DNA from: Vicugna vicugna
Taxonomy: Eukaryota
Reading direction: 5' to 3'
Length of the DNA stretch: 64,000 nucleotides
Assembly (NCBI GenBank): GCA_013265495.1
Contig: MU058337.1
Coordinates: forward strand, 4,568,716-4,632,715
The position numbers were made by a program, and so were the translations under genes. Each line of letters opens with the position of its first letter. The stretch's first letter is position 1. Below the pieces are notes generated by a model, which was given only the letters and a program-made list of their open reading frames with translations, ran no database searches and had not been told where the DNA came from. This document shows, one piece after another, positions 52,011-64,000 of this stretch.

Positions 52011-55000
52011 AGATCACTGGGAACCTTGTTATGGAGCCTTGCTTTGTACTTTCCCCTTTACCCCTACAGAACTGTAAGGCTATCAATGTTCTGAGGGTGC
52101 CTCAGTGTCCTTGGACTAAATTTAAATTTGCTTCTGCAGCTGTAGCCCAGGAAGGGACAGGCTGGTCTGCACGCCGTTGTTCAGGGCATACGTGCCTATG
52201 TCATAGAAGCATGTGTTCCACGGAGTAGAAGGACTCCCTTGTCTTTCTCAGGTTTCATCCTGTCTCTCCACTTGCCTTCTTTTCACACAGCTCAGGGGAG
52301 CTGTGGACGGAGATGGAACCAGTGTTTTGACGTCAAGGCTAGTTTCTTTCTTCTTTCTCTGTTTCTGAGGACATTGCTGGTACCCAAATAATACGCAATA
52401 GCTTGCTGCTGTAGGAAGCTTTCAAACCTGTGCTCCAGAAAGGAAAGTAAACCTCCTTCAAGTATAAATACCCACGTTAAAGTTTTCCTAATGCTAATGC
52501 TGAGTATCTTTATTGGTTTAAACTGTCTAGGAGATGGTTGGAATACCCAAACGGTACTGGGATTAACAGTGAAATGACATAATGCTGGTGGATTTGATTT
52601 GTTACGGAATATACAGACATTTCAGTCCTCTGGCCTAAGTTTCAGTCCTATTTAGTTTTTTTAAAAGTTTTTTTTTGGTGACCTTGGATAATCATTGAAT
52701 TTCCCCATTGGTAAAACACTGATAAACATTAGCCTCCAAAATTTGTTCTAAGACTCAAATGACACTATGCCAACGAAGCCTCTTTGGAAACAGAGTCTTA
52801 GTATTATCCAGGTGTAGGTGTTATTATAAGCTCCCTCCTACTTAAGATACTTTTCCCCTTACTTTCATGGAAATGAACAAGCTAGGTTCACCTTTCTTGT
52901 AGGTCTTACATGTTGTTCATCATGTAACACAGCAGAAGCGTGGGGAGAACTGAAGAGGACAGTAGTGGTTCGGGAAGTCAGAGGCAGCCTCCAAGAGAAC
53001 AGAGTCCTTTGTTTAGCACGTGGGAACTGAAACTTACAGTCTTTGTCCCTTAAGCCAAACAGTCCTTAGCAGCATAGCTAAACTAAAACTCAGGTTACTT
53101 GGTTCCTAAATTCAAATTTTACTAACCCAGAAAGATGAAGTAGTAAAATGCAGTTAATACTTTGGAAAAAAATAGGAGTGCTCATCTCCCTCACCACTTT
53201 TATCCGTGAAAGCTCCCCTGTGTGAGCTGTGTTAAACAAGTGTTGGAAACTGCGAATTCCTAATAATATTCAGATACTTGTTTCTGTTTGGTTTGGATAT
53301 GAAAGAAACTTTTTAATGCATCAGTAAGTTTTCTACTTATTCTTAAGATTTATTTGTTGAATGTTGTGGTATGTCTTCTATATTTCTAAGAAACAGGAAG
53401 GGGACAACTTATTTTGCTCTTAAATGCGGTCACCAATATTTGAGAACAGCATTTGTAGTTGTGCTTTAGAATGGCTCAATTCTTTGTTCATTTTCAATAT
53501 CCTGTGTTACATACCTTTTTGTTTTAATGCTTTGCTTTGCCTGTCCCTTCATCTCTTCTGCTTTCCCCTCCTCTCTCCTTGCTACAGCTTTATTTTTGGT
53601 TATTGGTAGTATGACAGTACTTCTGAATTGTGATGGCAGTGTTTTTCCACACCTCCAACCTGTCCCAAATTCATGAGGTGACTTAAATCAGCCCGATTCA
53701 GCTATGGGAAAGTGTGGATGCTTGCCAGCAGAGACGTTGCAACTCAAGTTAGATACCCTTCTTTTTTGGGGAGAATCAGTGACAAAACTTAGTTTTGCTT
53801 TAAAGAGCTCACATAGAAAAGGTGTTTTCTTCAGCGCCAGTCAGATGATTGTCCCTCGTAGATCATAAAGCTCAGCTCTCCAGGGCCCGGAAACCAGGGC
53901 AAGAGAAACGCCTGATGCAGTGGGATCTGTTCATTACCTTCTTAGAAAAGAACAGCTCAGTCCTCCCCGAGGACTGCGCTTTCAAATGCATCCTTCCTCA
54001 TACCCTTAAGAAATTATGTCTTCCCTGGGACCACGCCGGACGCAGTGAGTGGAGGAACACCGAGTGAAGATGCAGTCAGAGCAGCTAGCTGACTGAAATG
54101 GCCGGCCAAACCTCTCCGAAGTTCCGAACCGTGTGTGTTTGTGTGTGTGGTGTGTAAGTGAACGGACGTGGGCCATATGGGACACAGCTGGTGATATCAA
54201 CAGAGGTAGTGCTGGCACAGTAGAAGGACACAGGCTTGAATTAGGTCATGCCCTGGATGCAGTTCTCAGCTCTTGAAGATGAGACCCTGGCAGTCACTTC
54301 CTGCCCCCAAGGGGGAACAATCTGGTCTGGCATCTGGCCCCAAATGATTGGTTAACTCCTGAGAGAAGGATCCTCAGGCCCTGGGGAGCCAAGCTTCCTT
54401 CACCTGGAGCTTAGGGCTGTTACTTCACCGACAGAAGAAGGGGGCATTTCAAGGCAGCTTAAAAAAGAAAGAAAGGAAGGAAGAAGAAAGGAAGAAAGGA
54501 AGAAAGGAGGTTTTATTTCTTACTTCCCCTAATCTCCTGGCCCAAAAAGACACTTCTCTGTCCCCTGTGTGCATGGATTCTGAGGACAGAAGCATCAGAG
54601 ATGCATATGGAAGCGAGCTCATACTCCAAGAGGAAAGACCCCATTCTATTAAAATAAATTCCCTTCTCTTTTCATATTCATCAGCTCCGTTCATTCGTTA
54701 TGCTCCTCAAGGTCACTTCTTTTTTTCAAATTCTTGGATTCTATTTGTTAGGATTCCTTACTTTAAATAGTTAAAATCCAAATAAAGAATAGAAAAAAGC
54801 CCCCAAAGACTGGTAAGTCACGAAAGGGGGAGGGGGAGGGATATGTATGTGTGAATGTGTGTGTGACCTTAAGAAGATTAAATTGCACACAACGAAAACC
54901 GTTCTCTCATTTCCCTTTCTTTTCATCTTCTGGACTTGTTAGAGTTAAAGCCTTTCTAGGTTTTTCCCAATTAAAAGCTGATGCCAGAATCATGGAGCTA

Positions 55001-56099
55001 GAAGGAAGCAAAATTCTCATTTTACGGGTAAGAAAATAAATCCTAAATTGACTCATTTTCTAATTGACAGTGAAGTGACGACTGAGGGTCACACAGAGAT
55101 GCTGTGGGCAGTGCACACCTTGTCTGTCCTGCGAGAGAGATCTATGCGTGGGTGAAAAATGAAAGGTCACAGAGACCTTTATGAGTGGTTTCCACTGAAT
55201 ACTAAATTCAAACTGGACTGGTTTAAGAGTAACTGAGATTCAAAGACTAAACCAAATGCATGATCAAGATTCAAAGAGGTCCTTGATATCTGATATGGAG
55301 TAGAGCAGGGAACAAGACGACTGTTCCTATTTAATTCTGTAGCGTTTTCGTTGGCATCATCCCTTTGATGGGTGAACATGCAGGTGGAGCATCTCTTGCA
55401 GTTCTGCAGGAGACGACACTCGTTTTGGCGTTCCGTTTACTGAATACGCAGTGCTCTCCCTTGTTCTGCTGTTTACTCTTGAATTTACTTTCTCACAGTT
55501 CTGTTTTGTGCCCAAAGTGCATGGTTCTTCTGCGCAATAAAGAAACACTCGTGGGCACTAAAATGCAACTTTTTTCATCCTTCAGTTCGTTCCTGGCAGA
55601 GTCCAGGCAGAATCCCGGTCCCTCTCCAGTACTGCAGAGCGGGCTGCTGAGGACAGGCTGGTCGTCCTGTCACCTCAGCTGGTTAAGTGCATACCTTTAC
55701 CTAGCTGCTAAAAGCACTAGGGTTTGGAAGAGGTCCAGGGCCTCCTCTGTGCTCGGAGGAGAATGTGGTAGCGTTTGCAGCACCCTGTGTGTTCAGAGTG
55801 TTTGGTGCAGTGCAGCAAGCTTGTGTAAGAGCTGCCTGTTGACGCCTGGATCAGCTCCGTGCTCCGCTTGAGAGAGTGGGAAGCGCTCCCTCACTGCTGT
55901 GGGGGGCTGTGTGTGTATTCTATGCATGTATGCATTTGTGTGGGCGCATGTTTACTTGTCTTTAAATCCCATTAACCAAGTGTCAAGTACATCTGCGATT
56001 ACTTAGCAAGGTTACTATTTCTGGTGTCCCATTTTTATTCAGGTCTTGGAAAATTCACTACATTTTTGCTGATACTTAGGAGTGCTCTTTTCCCAGGGT

Positions 56100-56118
56100 C
56101 TATAAATATATATATGTG

Positions 56119-56149
<31 letters not shown>

Positions 56150-56212
56150 CATACATATATATATATATATACACACACACACAGACATACACACACACAC
56201 ACGTATGTATAT
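56100..56212. repeat. Compound (TA)n/(CA)n microsatellite
   Basis: Long alternating ta/ca tracts. Confidence 0.95.
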
Positions 56213-56369
56213 GAAACCCTCCTAACTGATTTATGAATGGCTCTGGGGTTGGGATATTTACCATCTTCTGCCCCTGGTGCCACTATTCCAGGTCCAGGCC
56301 CCACTCCTGCCCCACTGTCCAGTACATCATCTGAATCTAGACGTTCTAACTGTGCAAGGACAAAAATCA

Positions 56370-56510
56370 GAACTAGGAAGATATTTGATATTTTGTGGAC
56401 CAATCCTTTTATTTTACAAGTGAGGACGTGGAGGTGGACAAATGAAATGACTGGTTCAAGGTCACTCAGGTAGAACCTGGCTTTACTGACCTTCAGTCCA
56501 GGTTATTTTT
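56370..56510 (-). mobile_element. MIR (MIRb/MIR3-like)
   Basis: ccaatccttttattttacaagtgaggacgtggagg..aaatgactggttcaaggtcactcag..agaacctgg..ctgaccttcagtcca. Confidence 0.75.
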
Positions 56511-57059
56511 TCTGACATGAGTGCATTGATGTTTTCCAGAGGATTATGAGAAGACTGAGTTTCCCCCAGTATGTCCTGTAAGTTTCTTCAGTGCCATGGC
56601 TGTTACCCAAAAGATCACTGAAGTTCTTTTAACTTCTCTTGAAAGTTGTAAGTTTGAAATCACTATACTCAGATGAACTGTATCTGATTGGATGTCCCTT
56701 AATGCTCATCATATTGCATTACACGTAGTAGGTTCTCAATAAACGTTGAATCAGTTTTGTAATCAGGATTGAATGAAAAGTGGGACGGTGACTCCAGCTT
56801 CTTGTGGTGGTTGTTAAATACAAATGTCCCCAGTTGTCGACTTGGCACACGTGAGGCCCACCCTCTGCCAACAGAAAGGATCTCAAATGTCCTTTGGGAG
56901 AGATCTGGCATGATTCAAGTGTTTGGAAAGCTTTTAACTAAAATGCTTCTCTGAAGATTGTCCAGGAAAAGACATCCTCACGTAGCTGGACATTTGTGCT
57001 GGTGGCCTAGCCTTACTGGGCCTCTCTAGAACAGTTGTGAAGAGGGTTATGAGGGTCTG

Positions 57060-57460
57060 TTCTGGGGTCAGTTCCAACCTCAGCTGTTTGTTCGTTGTGA
57101 GACACTGAGTGAGTTACCAGGCCTTTGTTAAGTCTGAGGTTCCTCATCTGCAGGACAGTGCTAGTGGGCCGTGGTGTGCAGGTGGGTGGAAGAGCTTGAC
57201 CTTGTCCCTGGAACACTGCATGCTCTTAACAAGTGCTTGCTTCTGTTAGAGAGCTGCTGTGGGGTTAAGTGGTACTATACGTGTGACCTTAGTACATTAC
57301 TTACATTCTTTGTGTCTCAGTTCCCTCATCTGTAATGTGGGGAAGATAATAGAAGCTGAGTTGTAAGGTTTAAATGAATCAATACGTGTAAAGTGCTCAC
57401 GACAATGTCTGTCACCTACTAATATACACACACATATGCCCAAAACATCAGCAGTTACTA
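57060..57460 (+). mobile_element. Two tandem MIR copies
   Basis: tctgaggttcctcatctgcagg (57133) and tgtgaccttagtacattacttac..gtgtctcagttccctcatctgtaatgtgggga..ttgtaaggtttaaatgaatcaatacgtgtaaagtgctca (57282-57400). Confidence 0.75.
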
Positions 57461-57680
57461 TTGCCATGGGGACGGTTAGTGTAATAACTAGTGTGTGGTA
57501 GTCACTCATTAAATGGTAGCTCTTCTTATTCACTACCCCCCCCCCCTTAGAAGAACTAGTCCATAAAAATAAGTAGTATCACTTTAACATTTCTGGATCT
57601 TGACAGTGTTTATTTTTATAAGATCACATTATAAGCCTGTATTTGTAACTCCATCTTTAAGTTAAAACAGAATATGTTGG

Positions 57681-58313
57681 TGTATTAGTTTTCTATTACT
57701 TCTGTAACATATCACCACAAATTTAGTCATATGAAACAGCCTGAGTTGCACTATTTTACAGTTCAGCAGGTTGGAAGTCTCACATGGGTCTCTTCTGGCT
57801 AAAATCAAGGTGTCAGCAAGCTCTGTTCCTTTCTAGGGGCTCATTCAGGTGTTGGTAGAACTCAGTTCCATGTGTTTATAGGCCCCAGGTCTCCATTTCC
57901 TTGCTGGCTGTTAATGACGCTGGAGATTTAGTAGGTGGTGCTGTCAAATAGCTCAGCAGGCTCGGCAGCTTGTGTGGGATTTTTTTGGGTGGACTTGGGA
58001 TTCAGGAGCCTCCCTTAGCATTGAGAGGCCTCTCTTGAGCTCTTGCATGTAGCCCCCTACATCTGAGAACCAGCAACAGGGTACCAAATCCATCCAGTGC
58101 TGCCGTTTCTCTGACCACAGCCAGGGATGTTCCCCACCTTTAAGGACACATGTGATTAGATGGGGCCACCTGGATCAGTCCGGCTGTTCTCCCACCTCAG
58201 GTTCCTTAACCTTGATCACATCTGTAAAGTCCTTTTTCTGTGGTAGCATATGCCCAGGTTCTGAGGATTAGGATGTAGACATTTTGCAGGGAGGCACAGT
58301 TCTGCATACCACA
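57681..58313 (-). mobile_element. ERVL-MaLR solo LTR, MLT1D-like, with a near-perfect 5-bp TSD
   Basis: tgtattagttttctattac..gtaacatatcaccacaaatttagt..ggctaaaatcaaggtgtcagca...atcacatctgtaaagtcc..caggttctgaggattaggatgtagacat..taccaca. Flanks gttgg / gttag. Confidence 0.9.
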
Positions 58314-60076
58314 GTTAGAATACAGAAAGTGACTCTGGCCTATGAACCTGATTAATTATGAATAATTCAAGGTAGGTATACCAGAAGCTCCAAATTTCAT
58401 TGTTTAGAAGATGAAAAAGGAAGAACACCTGGCTAGAAGACATACTGATATCTATCTCTCTTCATTCTTTTTGGTCTTCTGGGCCCTTAGAGGCACGTTT
58501 ATTTGATTACTCTTCTAGCAATGTTTACAGAGCAGTCTTACTTCATGGATGCTTCAGATTTGTGGCATACTGTCAACTCATGCTTTGTCAAAAGCCAACT
58601 GTTCATCAGGAGACCTTCTACTTAAAGACCAAGCTCAAAGGTTGTTGTTTTCATCAATCCTTTTCTGCAGTGCTCTGTCTGGCCTGTCTGTCCTCTACTT
58701 CTCTCCACACTTTAGGTTTCTTCTCTCTTTCCTTCCATCATCTGTCTTCCCTCAGCTGTGGCATGTTTTCCCTGCCCCAGCAGTTGATGGTGCACACGCC
58801 TGGGTCCCCTGCTCCTTCACAGCTATGACTGTTCCTTACAGCGCTGTGTGTCTTTGGTGTCTAGTGCAGTGCCTGATGGAAGATGAGTATGCAGAGCGTG
58901 GTGGTTATATCCCAGCACGCTGGCTGGAAGACGCGTGTCTGTCTAATCGTCACTCAGGTCAGTCGTCTATTGACCTAACACAGGGTGAAAAACTTGGGAC
59001 TAGAGGCAGAGCCATAAATAGACATAGTTCAGGCACCCTAGGGGCTTGCAGCCTAATTTCTAGGGAGGCATCAAAGTGATGTGTCTCTGACAAAATGAGT
59101 TGTGCGTTCCTCATGAAGAGACGAATGCAAAGTGCCTTATTTGAGGGCAAGAGAGGCCATTGAAATGATTAACTTTTATCTATTGAATGGTCTCCAGAAG
59201 CTTCAAAACAGAAGCCAAAGATTGTTTCAGGTCTCATGTCTTCAGTTTTAGATTTACAGCACGTATTTCCTGTACTGTGTAATATACCGGGATCACAGTA
59301 AATATTGGCGATATTACTTGCTTCTGTAAGTTGGGTGCACATCATTTCATCTGTTTACTTGAATAGCTCATATTGTCTGCAGTTGGCAATTTGAGTTCAC
59401 CTGGTTCAGGTCACTCTGTTTAACATCAGTCCAAGGCAACTCGGGCAACAGAAAGATTAGTTGAGAATGACAAACGTCATGTGTGGAATGACTTACATTC
59501 AGATTTCTAGTTAGTTACCCAAAGCAAACATATTTATATAAGAAAGTACAGTAAGTATACAGATGCAATTACAATGCCATTCTCAAATTAATGCCAGACT
59601 TTCAACGTTAAGGTGAATGTTTCTGTCTTACTCTTGATCTTGATGTTTTTTTTCATAGTCATGGCTTGGCGTTGTCTTTCAGCTTCTGTTTCTGTCCTAG
59701 ATAATCTGCATACAATTGGTTATTATATTTTAACTCAGGGTTATTTCATTAACAGCAGAAAATTATGTTTCTTGACATTTCTGAGTTTAGAGTTTAAAGT
59801 TCAAAGTCTTTGGAGTCTGTTTCCCCTAAGTTTAAGCTATTTGTGCTGTTACACACATTTATTGAATTGTTGACATTAAGGGTGCTGCTGAAGGTCAGAA
59901 AAAGTCAGCTAATAGCCTTTTTTAAAACCCGTAATCAAAACTCTAAGCTTTGTAGAAGGACATTCCTTATTTCATCTGTCTTATTCCACACTTACTTTGA
60001 ATGTTGGGTTGTATTTATGTACCGTTCCTGCTACAGGGCTCATGACTTTAGGCTTACTTTCCTTATGAATGGATTT

Positions 60077-60588
60077 TGTATGCACATTTTCTTAACTATC
60101 TTTTGCAACACAAGAACCCTAAAACTCAGTGGTTTCCAAGCGGAGTAAGCATTTATCTTTCACACAGTTTCTGTGGGACAGGAATTCAGGAGTGTCCTAG
60201 CTGGGTGGTTTGAGCTCAAGGCCTTTCATGAGGTTGCAGCTAAAGTGTTGGCTGAGGACGCAGTTGTCTGAAGCCTGGCTGGGGCTGGAGAATCCTCTTC
60301 TTAGTTGACTCATACACATGGATAGCAATTTGGTGCTGCCTGTTGGCTGGAGGCCTCAGTTCCTTCCCACCTGTACTTCTTCCTGGGGCTGCTTTAGTGT
60401 CCTCATGTCGTGATCACTGGCTTCCTCCAGAGTGAGTGGTCTAAGAGTGCAAGGAAGACCCCACGATGTCTTTAGGCCCTAACTTTAGCCACCTAGGTCT
60501 GCCCTCTTCAGTATGGGAGGGGACTATAAAAATCATGAATACGGGGAGGTGAGAATCACAGGAGTACTCTTGAAGGCCGGGTATCACA
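60077..60588 (-). mobile_element. ERVL-MaLR solo LTR, MLT1F-group
   Basis: aaaactcagtggtt..cacacagtttctgtgggacaggaattcaggag..ctagctgggtggtt..ggaggcctcagttcc..gggaggggactata..atgaatacggggagg..tatcaca. Confidence 0.87.
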
Positions 60589-61589
60589 CACTTATTCCTC
60601 TTTCTTGTTCCTTAAGTCTGTCTGCCTGTGTCACTGCTGATTTTGCCCACTTAAAAATATAATTTACATTCACTTAGGCTGAGAACCCATGTCAGGTAGG
60701 CATCCAGGGCTGGGACATGAGTTAACAGCCGGTGGGGTGCAGTGAGGAGGGCGGACTGTGGTGATGCCCCTGGGACCTGAGTGGGTAGGGCCAGGGCGGC
60801 AGAGGAGGAGGGAAGCTTAGAAACCAGAGCCTTTTGTTTCCCATTTTGCCATTGATTATAATCTACCTCCTCTAGTAATTTTTATTTATCTCTGTGTCAC
60901 CCGATAGCTTATAAGCCCACGTCTCATTCTTTGATGTTTCCAATATACTGTGTAGCATTTTTTTTCCTCCAAAGTAGGAAATCCATAACTGTCAATTGGA
61001 TTATGTTTTCGTATTTTTCTTAGTCATTATACATCAGTTATATTATGTGAAATTTTATTAAAAACTCTTTATAAAAAGTCAGCTCCACATAAATATGTGT
61101 AAGGAACTATTCTGCTCCAAAATGCTGCTTTTGATTATAAATGTGTCAGCACAGCTGAAGTAAATTAAACTTTTGACAGTATGGCCAATTTTGTCAATTA
61201 AGTAGATGGATGAAATAGAATATTTCAATAAGGTGTTTGGCCTAAATGTTTTGATTTGACCTGTGTACATTTAATTGAATTGACCTAATGCTTGCCAATT
61301 TGTCCATTTTATTTTGAGGAAAGCCTAGAAGATGAAAAAAAGGCAATCACCTTTTTCTTTTCAAACTAATATTTCTATAATGGTTATCAATTTGAAATTT
61401 TTTTAAACCTAGGGGTGTGTGTGTGTATTGGTAGGGAGTTCATGGGATCAGGAAGAGAACATGGAATTAAAATATTTAGGTCAGAGGTCAGTGATTGGCA
61501 AAGGATCTCTAAAATATCCTCTTTTGTGTGACTGTGCCTAACATTAAAGACTAACAGCTAAGAGTGTTGCCCTGAGGTCTTGTAATATG

Positions 61590-62000
61590 TACCTTTCATC
61601 AACAAAGATGTCTTGCATGCTTTCTTGTGTGTGGTGCTATGCTAGGTGCTGGGGCTACAGAAATTAAAACAGAGAAACAGAAAGATAAGATTCTTACTGT
61701 CATGAGGTTCAAAATCCAATAGGGCCGTACATGAAAATCCTTGTGGAGACAGAATGGGCAGATTTGGATAACTGACTAAATGTGGGGCTTCAGGAGGAGA
61801 GGGTTGAGACAATCACACAGAAGTTCGATCCTGAGAAGATGTTTGCTTAACTTATGTAAGGGATGCAAGAGGAAAGATGCTGATTTGGATGATGAGTGAT
61901 TAGTTGAAAGTTCCATAAAGACATTTGTATGGAAATGTCCATGAGAATTAGGTGTGAAGGAAAAATGTACACATGGGGTGGCTCAGTTTGTAGGTGGAGG
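61590..62000 (-). mobile_element. L2 fragments
   Basis: tgtgtgtggtgctatgctaggtgctggggctacag..tcatgaggttcaaaatccaat and gatttggataactgactaaatgtgggg..ggagagggttgagac. Confidence 0.65.
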
Positions 62001-64000
62001 GGAGGAAAGATGTGAAGAGGCATCAGGAAGGTTGGTGGGAGTGATGAGTTATGAGCCGGGCTTTAACGAGAAGGATGCTTGTTATCGCTGCATTCATAAA
62101 ATAATCAGTGCTAGAATGCTTTATGTAATTTTAGTTTTTGAATATGACGTTTGTATTTCCTTCACACAGCAGATTTGAAATTATACAGGAATGTACCAGG
62201 AAATAGAAGTATGTTTTAAAGGTAGATTAGCTAGCTTTAAAAGAGCTTGTTAAATAAAATTTCATTCCAAACACTTGAAAGATGAAATACATATACAAAC
62301 AGAAGTTTGTCTGGGGATAAGATCAGCCAGCTTTTAAAGTTTAATTGCATTTCTGTATTTGGTTTCTGTATTTAGTTTTCTCCCTGATGTTCCTAAAATA
62401 TTCCTGGGGGATACTCGTATTTCGTGCTACCCCAAGTGGATGTACTCTCAAAATCTGCCCTTCCTTGGACCCGGGAATTTTTGCTGTGTTGCCCAACTCA
62501 CCTTGTTTGCTGCTTTCTTTTTTATGTGATACTTCTAGTCTCAAGGTTACATCTCGTGGGCAGCGCAGGGAGAAGAGAAAGGAGGAACCTTTGCCTTCCT
62601 GAGACTTTGCTTCCTGGACACCACCCCCCTTCACTCACTCACTCAGCACCGTAGCACCTTTCTTTCTCTCCTCACCTCCCCTGAGCTGGAAGAGGTGAGG
62701 ATGCCTGGGGAGCACGGGGTCGGGGGTGGAAACCCAGCAGCCCCAGCAGTTCTTTTCCTGTTTGATTTTCCTCTTGGTCTCCTGCCTACTTGCCAGCCGG
62801 TATTTCTGGCAATAGTATGCTCAATAATGAAAACATAAGAAGTCCAGCCAAACCTACGGGCACACTGAAAATTGTAACCTTTAGACTTGCACGTTGCTAC
62901 ATCCGAGGAAGCACTGGTTTTGGATCCTCTGTACTGCTTCATATTCCAGAGGGATAGTTAGCATCCATTCCTGCTCTCTCGACTTGTTTCTCAAGTGTAT
63001 TTCTATAAATGCCCTGTTTAAAAAAATTATTCCTCCAAATCATATTTCAGACAAAACCACACTAACTTTTAAAGGACATTTTTTTCTGAGGGGGCAGTGA
63101 ATAGCTGAATTTGTAAATAACCGTTTAACTCCATTCGTTGTATCCTTAGAGCATTTTGCTGTTCATTTCACTTAGAAAATTCTAACAGTTTGGTACTATT
63201 CAACTTTGATTAGAATGAGTTTTCTACCGATGTAGAAAGAAGCAGCTTTGTCACCATCACTGAGAAAGATGGATTCTCTTGGGAAGGATAAAGTATATCT
63301 TAGTGATCTTGCTTTTAACATGACAGACGAAACAGACTCACGTGCGGGGTAATCGTCTGGTGCAGAATTTATTAGCTAGAGGCCAAGGGCAAAGTACCTC
63401 TCATTTATTCCGTTCTCATCTTCACTCCTACTTAGAGTTCTTTGGAAATAGACTCACTTCATTTTGAGGAAATGATAACTGTTTTCCCAGACACTGAATT
63501 TAAAACAAACATTTTCAGTCTCCTTTGTTCTTGGGGATTTTTATTTCCTGTTTTCACAGGATGAGTTCACTGTTCATCTAAGAAGGAACTTAGACGAATT
63601 TGCTTCTTATGAGCAGCCCAGTATAATTAGGCAATTGCCCTTGTGTCTGGAGTCCATTGGGGATAAAGGTAACAGAATTGCACAATGGGTTCATTATAAA
63701 ACAGTGCAAAATAAAAACCTGAACTTACCAGTTAAACAAGAGACAGCCAAAAATGTACTGTAAATTATTCATGCAGGAAAGATGAAAGTAAAAATCATCT
63801 TCAACAGAATGCCTTGGTTAGTCAATTGGGATCAGTGGTAATTAGTTAATTAAAAAGATAAGTTAATAAAAGGCAGTAAACAGGGCAATTATTAAAGATG
63901 ATACACATGTGCCTTAAGCATTTTATTTTATATTAAATATATAAATGCTCATTCAACAGTCCTTTGAGATAGCCTCATGGTGTTTTCTTTGATTATGGTT

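Noticed and set aside
55365..55871. 168-aa ORF
   Set aside because: Leu/Ser/Cys-rich composition typical of random non-coding frames, with no homology I recognise.
58549..59079. 176-aa ORF
   Set aside because: It overlaps L2-like fragments and has no recognisable protein features.

Overview
Eutherian mammalian genomic DNA, AT-rich and CpG-depleted. It is probably a camelid: the youngest L1 3' UTR resembles my recollection of alpaca L1-1_Vpa, and I recognised no Alu, B1, Bov-tA, PRE1 or SINEC elements. I found no recognisable protein-coding exon, tRNA, rRNA or CpG island. The window reads as a long intron or intergenic stretch. By eye the + strand is T/G-rich and every L1 lies antisense, which weakly suggests an intron of a + strand gene. 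Much of the sequence is decayed transposable elements: L1, HAL1, L2, two CR1/L3 relics, MIR, MaLR MLT1 LTRs, two ERV1/MER41-like solo LTRs, and MER53, MER5A and Tigger2-type DNA elements. There are also microsatellites and a 610-N gap inside a young L1. The ORF track is noise apart from LINE remnants. I do not see a new biological system. The most unusual observation is a ~105-bp segment present twice, 3 kb apart (~80% identical). One copy sits inside a MIR between 31-bp direct repeats, which looks like an old templated-insertion repair scar. Repeat subfamily names come from remembered consensus sequences, and boundaries of old repeats are approximate.
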